Shown here piece by piece: positions 14,322 to 29,034 of a stretch of 64,000 nt of DNA. Position numbers and translations under genes: made by a program. Origin of the DNA: Cetorhinus maximus. Its lineage: Eukaryota. A model generated the notes under the pieces. The model saw only the letters and a list, made by a program, of their open reading frames with translations. It was not told the DNA's origin and searched no databases. Position 1 is the stretch's first letter. The number at the start of each line of letters is the position of its first letter. Location: positions 56,482,001 through 56,546,000 of the forward strand of contig NC_135899.1 in NCBI RefSeq assembly GCF_964194155.1, read 5' to 3'.

Positions 14322-16167
14322 CTGTAGTTTAAACAGAAGAATTTGACCTTAGAAACCAGCTATAGCTTATTTAAAGTCACAACACTCACCATCTATTGAT
14401 ATGGAACAGCAGCACCAAAAACAACAAACCATTTAAGCTACAGGAGTTTATTTTTCTGTCTTCGCTAACTAAATGAAGATTAGTCACTTTTCTGCAACTG
14501 CTTGCTTTATTTCCCCACCTAACAGCACTGTGTGCGCGCACCGACACCATGCCAACAGTAACCGTTCAAGTAAGCGACTCGCTGCCACCTTAAGGGCAGG
14601 TAATAAATACTGGCCTTGCCAGCAATGCCCACATTCCATGAAGAAAAAAAACTTCCCACTGTTCAACTTACCAACACTAAAAGGAACCCTGCACAAACTG
14701 ATGCTAAAAAACATTTCATTGAGGCTGCTTTCCAAATTGAAATTTATGTGCCCCAACATGGAAGAGGAGAATTTTATGGTTCCAATGCCAATCACCATGA
14801 TCAACTGGGGTCCAGAGGGTGTTGTCCTCCTGTTTACATCTTGTGCGACAGGCTAGGCTGAACCTCGGAGTAGGGGGAAGACATTGTGAAGAGAAAGGAA
14901 GCTATGTTGTTGCTACAGGAGAGAATCACCACTACAGGTTCCTTAATGACCAATTTACAGCTTTAGAGTGAATGTTTATTTGGTGCTAAATTATGGGCCG
15001 TGAACAGATATCCAACAGGAAATGGGTCAAGATTGGCTCAACCCCATTTTACTCACTGCTGGTGGAGAAAGGATCTTTCCATTTCATTAGTCTGGGCTAG
15101 ATTTGGTTCAAGAGGTGAGCAGAGTGCATGAGGCTGGTAAAATTTTCCTGTAGTACTTCAAAATGGTGACTTGCTAAATCACCCCATTTCTATCTCTAGC
15201 AGCTTCAGTCTTACAGATCTCATTTCAGAGCATCTTTGATTCCCATCCCTCTCATTAATGATTCCACTACAAATGACGACAGCTGATGACAACTGTAAAT
15301 GCATGACGATGAAATGTAATTTTGTGTTAATCCACTTATCCTGATGTTAAGCCCACTATTTATAAACTTCACATACTTTCGTTTAAAATACAAAGAAGAT
15401 TAAGTGACAAAAAAAAGTGACATTAGAAACCAAATTCTTTAGTAATCCATTCAACATCTATGGTTTTTTTGTCTCTTTGCACTCTGAGCATTAGCACTGA
15501 AAGGTGTTGAGCTTTGATAACAACGTTGGAAGAGACCTTGGGGTTATAGTTGAGAACTTGTGCAGAATTATCAATTCCCAAAGTCCTGTCTGCCTTGTAA
15601 ACTGTAGAAATGTAGTCATCTATTTGACATTTGAAAGTCTTTTTATTTAGTGTTTTGAGGGGCTCTTGTGGCAGAAATTCAGAACTGCAGAATTATTATA
15701 AATTGATGCTGTGCTTTAATACATTACTGGTGTGAGACTGAACGGCTGTGAAGTGCAAAGGTCAGCCAACAAGGCTGGAGGCATACAGTGAAATCTACTT
15801 GGTTTGGACGGACTCCCCGCTTGCCACAAGAGACCATTATACATGAAGGCTCATATGCAAATAGAGAGCTCTGCTGCCTGAGAACTATTTATTAGAGTTA
15901 ATACAAAATTTAATGAAGTATTGTTGCACTATGACTGCATCCTTCTGTTGAGAACATATCCTAAACACAAACTAGATTTAGTGTTTGATAATCAATGCCG
16001 ATTTTTAAATATATGCTACCCTAACATGCATAAGCAAATATTCAAACTTACAGCAGTTACTGGAAAAAGGTACAAAGTATTTCCAGAAAGGTCTACAGTC
16101 TACACATCACAGTACAGGGGAATACTGGAAAAGACACAGTACGTATACTGATAGAAAGCAAACTTAC

Positions 16168-16197
16168 TCAAAGTCATAATCAAACATGCCAGATGGG
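16168..16197 (-). CDS. MEAF6: MEAF6 30-nt frame-preserving cassette microexon (exon 6)
   Basis: cag|C CCA TCT GGC ATG TTT GAT TAT GAC TTT GA|gtaagt gives (S)PSGMFDYDF(E), matching the recalled mammalian long-isoform insert; strong polypyrimidine tract upstream. Confidence 0.93.
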
Positions 16198-16725
16198 CTG
16201 GATGGCAGCATAAAAGAAGAAAGAAAGCAACACAAGTTAACATACCAGTTATCCAAACCAAAGTCTCAAACTTGTTGGAACACTAAAATTTTTTAAACAA
16301 AAAGGCAAGAGACCACTGGCACTTTGATGATCTTAAAGGAGAAATGAATATATCCAAAAATAGTTATTTTTCACTCAATAGGTACAAGTTCTTGAAAATA
16401 ATGAATGTTTTTCACACGAGTTAGTACATGGAACAATAAAGCCATTCATTCAGTCTAACCACTTTAATTCAAAAGCAACTGAGCAGTGAGCAGTGTGTAG
16501 CAGAGTTGATGTATAAGGAGCAGTGCCCCACAAATATATACCAAAAAAATAAAGTACTGCACATTTAACTCTACTACTAATAGGCCGCTATTCTACTTTC
16601 ATGATTGAAAAGGGCTACCAGTAGAAATCTCACACATGGGCTTCTGAGGGACAAAGTCAGATATGGCTCCTTCACCTTAGCTCAGACATCTTGGAATCTC
16701 GTGACCTGCTTCTGTACAAAATTAC

Positions 16726-16921
16726 CTGTGTCGGTTTTTGTTTTTCCTTTTCTTGTGACTCCCGTGGTGACTGCCGGACGATGTGGAGGAGGCTGCTTTC
16801 TGTGGCTTCACTCCCTGCAGGTGTGACCCATCCAGTTCCTCGGTGTCCTCCTGGTTCGGCTCGTTCTCCTGATTCTGGAAGTCTGGTGAATTGTCGCTTT
16901 CTGTTCCACTACCTGGTTCAC
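16726..16921 (-). CDS. MEAF6: MEAF6 coding exon 5
   Basis: [64 protein letters not shown](R/S); 196 nt, AG/GTAAT boundaries. Confidence 0.96.
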
Positions 16922-17544
16922 CTAATACATTTCACACACAAGATATAGCAGATTTAAAGAGAAGGTTTGCTTATCCCAGCACAGTTCCTCAACCCACCCC
17001 AGCACAAAGAATGAGAAGTACAATCAATAAACTGCATACATAGCAATAATCTATAATTATCCAAATTAAAAATTATTGCTGCGAAGCTTCAGTTTTAAAG
17101 TATACACGCTAAAACGTTGTGAACCATGGTGGATGTGCTGTACTATCGATATTATAACCATGTAATGTTTTTGATATTATTTTTATACTCTTGCTGTTAC
17201 CAGTTTGATGTATGAATTTTGATTTCACTGACACTGTAATGAAAATAGCAAAGCAACACAAAATACTCATTAGATTAAAATTAATTTCAAGAGATGTGAG
17301 GGTATCACATTTATGATAAATTTGATGCAGAACATGGAAGAAACCAATTCAACAAAGTTAATCTGAGCACTTCTGCTCTTCTGTACCCCCCCACACCTGT
17401 TAAAATAAACATTTAAGAAGAGAATGTCCCAGTACAATCCCTACTTTCAATCAAACTGCAAATTACTTGCCAGCTCAAGACACTTTTACGTGGAAAAGTA
17501 TATATTAAATTCAACAAGAAGTGGTACTTATTTCTAAGACTTAC

Positions 17545-17590
17545 GTTTTTCTACCATCTGGTCTTGGACACCAGTCAAAGCACTCACTGC
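17545..17590 (-). CDS. MEAF6: MEAF6 coding exon 4
   Basis: AVSALTGVQDQMVEK(R); 46 nt, AG/GTAAGT boundaries, follows a 92-nt intron. Confidence 0.95.
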
Positions 17591-17631
17591 CTACAAAAGA
17601 AGTTACATCACTGTTAAATGTATAGCACTTA

Positions 17632-17817
<186 letters not shown>

Positions 17818-19174
17818 TCAGTCGTATACAGCTCCCCCTGTGCTGATACTGCGATTGCAGCTTTTCTAACCAGGATAGGTGTTAGATACAGCCCAGGCTA
17901 CTGTTAACAGGGTTGGAAAAAAAAAATCGAAGAGTATGTCACCCTCTGTCAGCTGTGTAACTTGGCACACGGAAGCACTGGCAGGCCTTCAGAAGTAAGA
18001 TGCTGTCCACTTTACTCCAGCATAGCAGGATGAAGTGAGCCAACGAGAGAAGAGGGAGAAAAAACAATTGTTTTTGCCTTTTGCAAACATTTTTACTCCC
18101 CAAAACTCGTAACTTTAAACTAAAAGAGCAACTGTAAAGCCAATTTTCTGCAACGGCGAAACCTGTTGTACGGCTGCACTAAACAATTTCTTGTGAAACA
18201 TCCTACATTTGGAACACAGTGCTAACTTTAGCTTGTGGACCAACATTCTCAAAAATATAAATTGGTCTTCACAGAAATCCCACCTCCTTTCCAACTCCTC
18301 TAATTAATGAGTCAGCAATCTCTGTTGACTAATTGCATGATCCTTTCACGCATGACAATGGCACAAAGCTGACAACAAACTACCTATGCTTCTCACAGAG
18401 AAACTCTCTCACCCTGCAGCAATCTTCACCCTTCTCTTGAAGGTGCTTACTACTGTTTGGGTACAATTCCACAGGGCCCACTACCCTCTCATCCGATCAT
18501 GTGGCCATTCTTCACTTGCCAACTAAGGAAGTCAGCGTTGGCAAATCATTCAACTATGGGATTATCAGTCAAGCTCAATCCTGTCCACACCCAACATCCA
18601 GACATACACACGCTTACATTCCAGCAACAGCCGTTGCATGGTGATCAACCTGGTGTATAATTTCCAGGCCTTCATGCAGAGATGGTGAGGCCAACAGTAG
18701 TGGTCCAGCTTGAGGTGGGCTAACATGGCCCATATCAGAGGTCAACCCAGAGGCCTTCATGGTTCAGTTATACACTAGAGAGAGTTTTTATTAACTGTTC
18801 CTATTGGAAAGGCCACCCAGGAGAACTCATTACAAATTTTTGAACGTACAGAACTGTCTATATTCAGATTCCAGATTCAATAAAGTTGTGTCCAAAACCA
18901 GGCCTAGGAAAGTAATACAAAACTCCTCTAAAATAGCGTAACATAAATTTTTGTCTCATTTTGTTTGAGAAGTATATAACCAATTTGGTCATTCTAGATG
19001 TCTAACTTTCTAGTCACAACATGAAGTAATAGACTTAACAAAAAAAAGAGATACCCCTGGTGAAATTATGCAGGGTTTTCAGGAATCAGGTTTGAATATT
19101 TGCCAATGTTTTGAAGGGAGGGGTGCGAGGAGGAGTCACTTTGAAAGTGCCAAGTACAAGGGCTTTTGCTGTTA

Positions 19175-19336
<162 letters not shown>

Positions 19337-19499
19337 TCACGAAAGAAAAATGATCTGCTGTGAAGTAGTGTTCCAACCAGTTTATCATTACAAACAATCA
19401 TGGAAAATGGGGCAATAAAAAGTCAATTTATGGTACTCGGAAAGAAAAAGTACTTTCTATCATCATACAATGGGGACTAAACTGGATAGTTCCTGAAAA

Positions 19500-22400
19500 C
19501 GTGTCTCAGGCTCGGGATGCGCAATTAGCAAGTACCCATTGATTGCAATGCAGGCAGGATGCAAACTTCATGCTGCTTGCTCATTTGAAAGGCCCCTGCA
19601 AGTAACCAACGCTAACCGTTCTGTACACTGGCTGGACCCATCAGAGGGAGCCAATATTAGGAGTGGCTAGCATCACTTAAAGCTAGTGTTGAACTGCTTA
19701 AGGGGGAGGTGCACCATTGTTGGAGCAGATGTCATGGTTGACGAGAAGCTGACCTGGAAAAGAGTGAGAAATAGCATAACAAAGGAGATACAGGGCTTCA
19801 CTGGAGGTCTTGATGGAAGAGGTGGAGAGGGAGAAGAGATGCTGTGAATCCACAGGGGGCTAAGAGCACCACCCCCCACCCCACAGCCCTCCTCACCAGC
19901 CCCACCTCACCCCCGCCGTCAGACACACAGTTAAAGGCAGAAAACTGTGGAGTTCAATGCAACGAATCAACCCCCAAGGGCCTGGATGCAGTCCCAGAAG
20001 TTCAACGACCTCACACGAGTGGTCATGGTCAGTGAATGTATCCTCAAATGCCATATCCAGCAAATACAACAGTAGCCTTACACTGTGCAAATCATCACTC
20101 ACCTACCAACAATCAATTACAATTCATATCAAACATTCAAAACTTCACCTCACTGCCACACACTTAACACTGCTGCAAGTCTCTCAGCCAGATCTTCCAG
20201 CTTGCGTACACTGCCAGCTATTCAATCATGGCAAACTGGTAAACATGGGCCAACAGGCTGCATGAAACTCACTGACGCTCGTCCCTTTCTCTTGCAGGAC
20301 AATGTGACACACAACCGGAGAGGGCGACAGGGGTGTCTGCAAATCCTGAAGCCCATGGAAGAGAAGATTCTGGCCATTATTGAAATGGCCACAAAGTTGA
20401 AACCAAAGTTACTGGTCTCCTTATAACCTAATCCTCCTCACATCCCACTTATCCATCACTCCACACTTTCTTCTGATTTGCAAGCTGTAGATGGTGTAAT
20501 CATGCACCTCTTACTTTCCCCTCTCCCCCTGCACCACAATCAGCTTTTTTCTTTCAGATACCCAAAAGCTGCAATGAAGGACAATGGAGGAATAGCAAGA
20601 ATAGAGTGGTAATGAAGACACGGCACCGCTGATTGATTTCACTCTTGCAGCTACCAGTTCAGATAATGACTCCGCTCATATTTGAGGTGGGATCCACACA
20701 TGGGTGAAACATTGCGCACAAGTGGCATGCAGAGAGAGCAGGGGGCAAGAATAGCACTGGTGCCAGCTCACCAGAGGGTGAGGCCGCACATGGGCTCCGT
20801 TGCAGAGCAGTGAGATGAAGACTTCGAAGGAGCGGTGTACAGAAGAACGCTGATGGGCAAGCACAACAAAACGCTTGGTGCACTTGCAGGCCTTCAGTCA
20901 ATGTCAAGGAGCAGAGAGGAGTCCAGCACCAAATTGATACAGGGTTTTGCACAAAGTTTGGAGCCCATCCTTTCCAGCAGGGAAATGACGTGCATACGAG
21001 AACTTGTATTCATAAAGGCACTTTTGAAGTAATAAAACATCTCAAGATGCTTTACAGGAGCATCATGCAACAAGAGCCACATAAGGAGATATTACACCAG
21101 ATGGCCAGAGAGGTGGGTTTTAAAGGAGCGTAATAGAGGAGGATAGAGAGACGTTGAGATTAAGGGAGGGAATTCCAGAGTTTAGGTAGTTGAATGCTTG
21201 GCCACCACCAAAACTGGAAATGATCAGGAAGCCAGAACTGCCAGAGGGCAGAGATCCAGGGTGCAGGGTCGTAGGGCTGAAGGGGATTTACAGAGATAGG
21301 GGAGAGGTGAGGCCTTGGAGGGATTGGAAAACAAGGTGGGAATTTTAAAATCAAGGCACTGGTTTGCTGGGAGTGAAGTCTATACACTTGTGGACCCAAA
21401 CATGATGCAGTATCTGTTGATCGATGTCACAGCTTCCATTGCAGCACAAGCAGGAGACACCCAACGCCTAAATGCTGCAATGGAGGCTCAGGCTGTTGTC
21501 ATCCAAGGTCAGCATGCTGCCGTGTAAGCACAGGCTGGTGTCATCATGATAATGGAGTACTGCAATCCAGCAAACTGTTCTCCAACAGATCACTAGAACT
21601 GCTGGGCCACTACCCTAAGTTTCTGGCTCACCTGTCAATCTGTCAATTCTCTTGTTGTTGCCGATCAGCCAGTCAGCCAGCTTATACTGCTGCTGCCCAG
21701 ATCGAGATGGTGCAGTCCACAGCCAGCCCTTCCAGGTCCAGAGCTGCTCAAGGTTGTCCTCCAAGGTCATCTGAAATCTCCTCCACCGAAAGTCAGCAGA
21801 CTTCCACCAGCCATGCTACAGGCACTACACAGGGCAGGCAAAGGCACATGGCAGACACTAAGGGAATGCACAAGGGTGATCAGTTGACTTTTGTACGCAA
21901 TATGGCATGATTTAATTTATAAATTTGGTCTGGAATGTATATTTTGCTTTGGATTTTATTTTGTGGTCAAATGGGCGGTGTAATTATTAGTAACAGAGGG
22001 AAGGTAAGGTGTGGGACTGTTGGCGAATGGGGAACTGGGGTTGCGGTTTCGTCTCACACTCAGGACGAGTTCGGCAGAGGCAGCCCTAGCAGAAAGGAGC
22101 TGTTTAGGTTGCTGCCTCCTCTTCCCCCTGAGGTGCTTGCAAGGGATATCTGCTCATGACAGCAAGCTTCTACAGAATGCAGGCCACAGTGAATCTTGAC
22201 ACCCGTTTTGCAGAGTACTATAGGCCTCCAGAGATGGTCCAGGCAGCAGAAGTGTTGTTTCCGCACTCCAATGGTCTAGTCTGACACATTTAGCGTGGCT
22301 GTATGGTTTTCATTGTATGATGCTGTATACATGACCCCGGTACACAACCAGCGTACACAAGTCACACATCAGCAAATAGCCCTTGCTGCCCATAGCCACC

Positions 22401-22680
22401 CAATGGTTGGCCTTTGCGGTTCGTATGCAGTTGGTACAGTGGACTGCGCATAATGAAGGCATCTTGACTGCTGCCAGAATACTGGGTTTGACCTTTACAA
22501 TTTTCTGCCTATGGTCACAATAGCTTGTCAGTGGAATGGAATACCTCGCAGTGAATGCATTTGCAAGATGGCGTCTGATTTGCCAAAGTATGTGCATGTG
22601 CCATGGATGCCATTTTTGAGCTCTAAGGACACTTGGAGCACCCACAAAACAGGCAGTAACAAGCCCAAATTCTCACACAT
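19500..22680. mobile_element. Decayed PIF/Harbinger element in MEAF6 intron 1: Myb/SANT-like gene (+) convergent with DDE transposase remnant (-)
   Basis: Plus: DNVTHNRR...LQILKPMEEKILAII at about 20299. Minus, about 22040-22550, across frameshifts: CDHRQKI..YSGSSQDAFI and TIGVRKQHFCCLDH..GG..YSAKRVSRF, HARBI1-like DDE motifs. Boundaries approximate. Confidence 0.75.
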
Positions 22681-23454
22681 TCTTTAAACTCTTTGCTCCT
22701 GCAAACATATGATGCATGACAAATACATGACAATACACAAGGCACTACACAAACCCATCAATGAGCATCCTAAATGGGAAAGTCAGAAGTTTTGCAAGGG
22801 TACATCTTTGACAAAGTCGCTCACCCAGATGCAGATTAACCAAGTTAATCTGGATATGAAGAACATCAAGATGGTTAACACATCATCCACACCTCATGAA
22901 TTATATTTTGGCCCTGAAGGAGGTGCAGTACAGATTCCTTCTTTTCATTCTTCTCGCAGGATGTGGGCATCGCTAGCCAGGCAAGCGTTTATTGTCCATC
23001 CTGAATTATCCTCGAGAAGGTAGTGGTGAGCCACCCAGCAACATGAACGCCAATATAGTTCCAAGAAAGAATGGTGAGTGGCTTGAAGGGAAACTTGCAG
23101 GTGGTGGTGTTTGCATGCATCTGCTGCCTTTGTCCTTCTAGGTGGTAGAAGTTGAAGGTTTGGAAGGTGCTGTCAAAAGAGCCTTGGTGAATCGCTGCAG
23201 TTCATCTTGTTTACGGTACACACTGCTGCCATTGTTCATCGGTGGTGGAGGGAGTCAATGTTAAAGGTGGTGGATGGGGTACCAATCAAGTGAGCTGCTT
23301 TGTTCTGGATGGTGTTGAGCTTCTTTAGTGTTGTTAGAGCTGCCCTCGTCCAGGCAAGTGGAGAGTATTCCATCACACTCCTGGCTTGTGCCTTGTAGAT
23401 GGTGGACAGGAATGGGGGAGTCATGTGGGGAGTTAAGCAACGATTGTTTGCCCA

Positions 23455-23890
23455 AAAGACATAGGAGCGGGAGTAGGTCATTCAGCCCCTGGAGTCTGCT
23501 CTACCACTCGGTTAGATCATGCCTTATCTGTGCCTCAACCCCATTTACCCAACTTGGCTCCGTATTCCTGGATACCCTTACCTTACACAAACTTAAGAAT
23601 CTCATCTTGAAAGCTTCAATTGACACAGAGTCCACAGCCATTTGGGAAAGACACCAACTTCTGTGAACAAAATGCTTCTTAATTTCCCTCTTAAATGGCC
23701 AAACTTTAACTTTAAGGTTTATGTTATGTTATTTTAAGGTTGCCCACTTCTTTTGGACTCCATCACTAGTCCCTCCCTATGCTAACAAATTTGTCAATTA
23801 TTTTAAACATCTCGATTTGATCTATCTTCTATACTGAAGGGAATATAAACCGGGTTTATGCAATCTGTCCTCAATTTAATGCACTAAACC
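23455..23890 (-). mobile_element. CR1 3' fragment; other CR1 tails at about 4435-4580(-), 8370-8580(-), 29630-29785(+), 32455-32675(-), 39255-39396(+)
   Basis: AAGACATAGGAGC..GTAGG.CATTCAGCCC resembles 60705-60760. Confidence 0.7.
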
Positions 23891-24619
23891 CTGGAGGTTC
23901 TCTTACTGAATACTGCAAAGGCTATGGGCTCTGACAATCTTCCAGCAATGGGGCTGAGGAGGTTCTGCAGGACTCCACGGGTTTATTGATGAATTTAGTA
24001 AGCCAGGGTGGCAATTATGGGGCTAGGGAGAGGGGCTAGACCCACTCGGCTCAAGAAAACCCCGAAAGACAAAGCCCTTTTGGGCAAAGTGGGAGCAGCT
24101 TAGTAGTCCTCTATGCCAACAGGTTGCACACTTGTTCACACTATAACATCCTGTAATAAGATGACAATAACAACAATATTAATACAGATAATGCCAACAT
24201 GTGGAGTGTTCCTGGGTAGGGGATTGAATAACAAGTATGTGAACATCACCCCTGCAATTCAGTCTGGTTCCCCTCCAATATTAATGTGTTGATGTTGTTG
24301 GGGGGAGTGTTGATGCCCCAGTGTCTGCCCAGAGTACCAGTCACACTGGCAGCAGTGAGAGAGCAGAATGCCAACTCCATGGTCCTGGCCCACTGTGCAT
24401 TAGCTGAAGGGTTGGGGGCTGGAGTGGTCTCTAGATTCATTCTGCCTCAGGGTGATCAGCATGTGGCCAAGAGGCGGCAATCCAGCCCCATGTAAACAAG
24501 GTCTGAGACCCTAGACCGGCCAACAGTGCTGACATCCCCTTTAAGAAATTCCCCAGGCCCGGGCCGACCGCTCACCGCAGGGGTCAGTGCTTATTCCTCG
24601 CCTCAGGCCCAGGTTCTCA

Positions 24620-25395
<776 letters not shown>

Positions 25396-28300
25396 AACAG
25401 AGCATTGTATGGTCAGTTACACAAAATCTTCGATGACTTCATCCAAGGTAGTCTGTGTTGTGAGAGGATTCATGAGTGATGTAGAGTTTGGGACGAGCAG
25501 ATTAAGGAGAAGGTCTGCGCTTAAATAATACCTCTATAATATAACCATGGGTTGGTAATAGACAAATGAGTTTAAATCTCTCTCCTAACAGTATTATATT
25601 GACAACTGTACATTCAGTAGCAACAAAAATTTTCCGCCAGCTTTCTCAAATAAAAAAAAGTTATAGTGCAAGCATTTTGTTTTGAATAAGCAAGTTGGAA
25701 CGGCTATAATTCGCACATTTATAAATACACTGAAACATTTTATTACTTTAGTTATATTTGTTGGTCAGCTCTTTTCCCTGGCTTGAAGAGAAAAATATTC
25801 GGACCTTGCAATTTCATTATCCTGTTATGTGTTGGAAAGTGCACCATGTGCATCAATATGATGGATAAATGACCAATATTATTTAGTCTTAATTCATGGT
25901 CACTGGGACTTTTATGGAACCGACACAATTATTTGTAAAATACACAAAGGAAAACATTTTAAAAATCAAGTTAGTAGACAAAGCACTATTTTACATTGAG
26001 GGTTTGTAAATAGCTGCCAATCAACAGAAACTTCCAACAACTAGCCTCTAAACTATTTTAGGATGTGTCTATTTAGGACACATCCCCGTAATCAGTACTT
26101 TAAAAGGACAAAGTAGCTTATTCTTGGCTCCATCTTAGCAGCTACAGCATTACTGCCATGTTTCTGCCACAGACTGTTATCAATGCCACAGGAAATCAGA
26201 TGGGTGATTAAGTTTATTTTCAAAGTGAGCCTTTTTTCCCCCCAGAGAAACATGTAATATCATATTTGATTGTTGGAACAAAGGCACTCAAACACATGAA
26301 AAATATTGTTGAAATCTACTTTACTAAAAATGACACAGACTGCCAAAAACATAAGAGCGATTGTAACAAATTCAACATTACAATCTACAAGAACGCCAGT
26401 TTTCTTTATACAACAAAATATAATTTTGAGCAGTATTTTAAAACAGATTTTCATTTAATAACAAAACATGTTGAAAGGTAGGCGTGTGTCACTGTTCATT
26501 ATCGCTCTCCTGTTGCTCAGCAACAACCTGGCTTCACTTCTTTGCTGGATGACTGCATCGGGGAACGGGTAAACTTGAGCCCTTTGGTATGAAAATCTAT
26601 TAACATTTTACCAGATGCATTTGTTAAGAAAACAACTTTGTAAGTAGAAAATAAATAGTCAGGTTTTTTTTCCTGACTGGTTGTTTTCAAGGCCTGCACA
26701 TGTTAGGTGTGCGCAATTACACTAAAGCTTTAAAAAAAAATCTTACCCGCTTTCCTGTTCTAAAATAAAACCAACTCCTTGGTTGCCATATTTAACAGTG
26801 CAACTGCATTTTCTACCCCTCTCATGCAGGCTGCTCAACACCAAACTCTTTCAAGTCAGGTGAGCTGAATGGTCCAGACCTCCATCAATGGAGCAAGTCA
26901 GCGTGACGCACAAATCAAGCAAGCTGCCTGACACCAGTTCTCTTCCCTGTCCCCTTTAAATTGCTATCTTCACTCCAAGCTGTTATGGAGGCAGTGTTAG
27001 ATGCAGCTGCTTGTCTACGACATTCAGGCATCTTAACTGGAAAATCCATCCATGACACAAAAGTTACTCAAAAACAGAAAAGGCTGAAAAACATTCAGCA
27101 TGTCAGGCAGCATCTGTGGAGAGAGAAGCGTTAAGATTATTGTTTCAGTTCCATGACCTTCTGTACAGCTGCTAAAAATTTAAACAAGTGCTGTTAGAAT
27201 ATCCATATCCAAACCAGTAGAGTCAGGAATATAACGTGTACACATGTTTTTGCAGAATACAATTACTCCAAATAATTCTTGCTTGAATCCAACAACAGAC
27301 TCCTAAATATTATGAGACCAGGATCAGATCATGCTGACAGTTCAAAGAATCCAACAGGGCTACAAATTGACACTTTTAATCTTAGTGGCAGGTAGTGTAG
27401 GGATTTAAACCGATGAACAAACAATCCCAAGCCAAGCTTCCGATCAACTTTTCGATCATAATGAGTTGGATTTGAACCAGTAACATCCCAGGAATTTAAT
27501 TGGTTCCATAAAGGAAGAGAGGGATAACTTTCAGTGGCAAGCACATCCATCATGTAGGTACAGGGAAAAATACAGGTCTGAAATCCCGTTTTAGATTGGA
27601 TATTCCTAACTAATGAGTTTCCACCAGCTGCTGCCATTTGAGTGTTGCCTTCACTAATACGTGACTGCATTTGTGACTGGATCCAAATCAAACCTGAAGA
27701 TAAATACTCAGATATACCTACCTATGGGGGTTCATTGCATTTTGCTGACGCTCCTCTTGCTTCCTGCTGCATACGGTGACACAAAACATCAACTCATAGC
27801 TGGCCGGGGCAAAAGGTAATTGTTTGGAGTGCACTGTCAGGAAACAAGATCATCACTATCTTCTCCTTTTTAACCAAAAGAGGAATGAAAAGAAATCAAA
27901 CTCAGAGGCAGAAACTCCTCCTAGGTGGGAAAAAAATCCTATATTTTTTTCATAAAAGGATTCACCACAAAATATTTTTAGGCAAAAATGACAAATTCTT
28001 GGCTATTTTTAACATTTCCTTAATCCACCATGCAAATACAAGAGGGATTCTGAAAGGTCCATTGCCAGAACTCGTGTATAGAAGAGAGGTTTTGAATTAG
28101 GAAACACACACAACTTGTCCACAATCGGCCTCAGGAAAAGAAAGTATTTCAAGGCTTCAATACAATATCTCAAACTCTGTAAAAGCCAACCAGAGAATGA
28201 AAGGAGCTGAAGCAACAAAATGCGTTGTTTGGTGACATCCCCAGGCCAAAGAGTCCAGTAGAATAGTTTGTTTATGAAGTTTATATCCTTTACCTAATAA

Positions 28301-28775
28301 CTTAGAGCCAAAAAAGAATCAAAAATATAATGAAAAGCATCACATACTCTGACATCATTGACAATGCTACAGTCTAGTAGTTGCTCTGGTAAATTCACTT
28401 GAGTAAACTCCGTGGTTTTAGCAGGCCTCTTCCTGAGCACAAGATTGGAGGCAAACAGGCCAGATTATGAAACCTGAAATTCAATTGCAAAACAAAACAC
28501 TAAACATTTGGTCTGGAGGGATTATACTGTTCAATCCTGTTTGCCAGGCCACATTTTGTTCTTTGAATTGTCGCATTGGCTTAGAATGGAACACTGACAA
28601 TTTGGGAGAGAGTCAAGATGTGCTATCGATTGACTTGGCCTGGACAGAAAAATATGAAACTGGTCAGCTGTCCCCTGGTCCTCGGAATTCTAGTATAACT
28701 ATTTACCTGCATGTTTGAAAAGGAAAGTAAAACTGCAGTGCCAATTTCAAAAGGAACACTGGGGAGGGTTTTACA

Positions 28776-29034
28776 TTAACTTTCAACTCCCTCATCCTCC
28801 TCATGTTGCCCTTCTTTTGCATCCACCTCAGCAGTATCTGAGCAATCGTGCAGAATGACATACTCCCTGCTGCTGAAACCAAATTTCAGCAGATCCTTTT
28901 CTCTGAGTTCGTAGTATCGCTGCGATTCAATGCGCTGATTGTTAAGGTACGTGCCGTTGGCAGAACCCAGGTCGATGATATATGGCCTCACCCTCCTGCC
29001 TGGTGTGCCATCACTCCGTGTGAACTCCACAAGT
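28776..29034 (-). CDS. SNIP1: SNIP1 last coding exon (FHA C-terminal half, acidic tail)
   Basis: LVEFTRSDGTPGRRVRPYIIDLGSANGTYLNNQRIESQRYYELREKDLLKFGFSSREYV...EEDEGVES-stop; CDS totals 1095 nt = 364 aa. Confidence 0.97.

Noticed and set aside
15208-15340. Alternative MEAF6 terminal exon (ISGLTQNY...)
   Set aside because: Frame-compatible AG but no polypyrimidine tract and no recognisable peptide.
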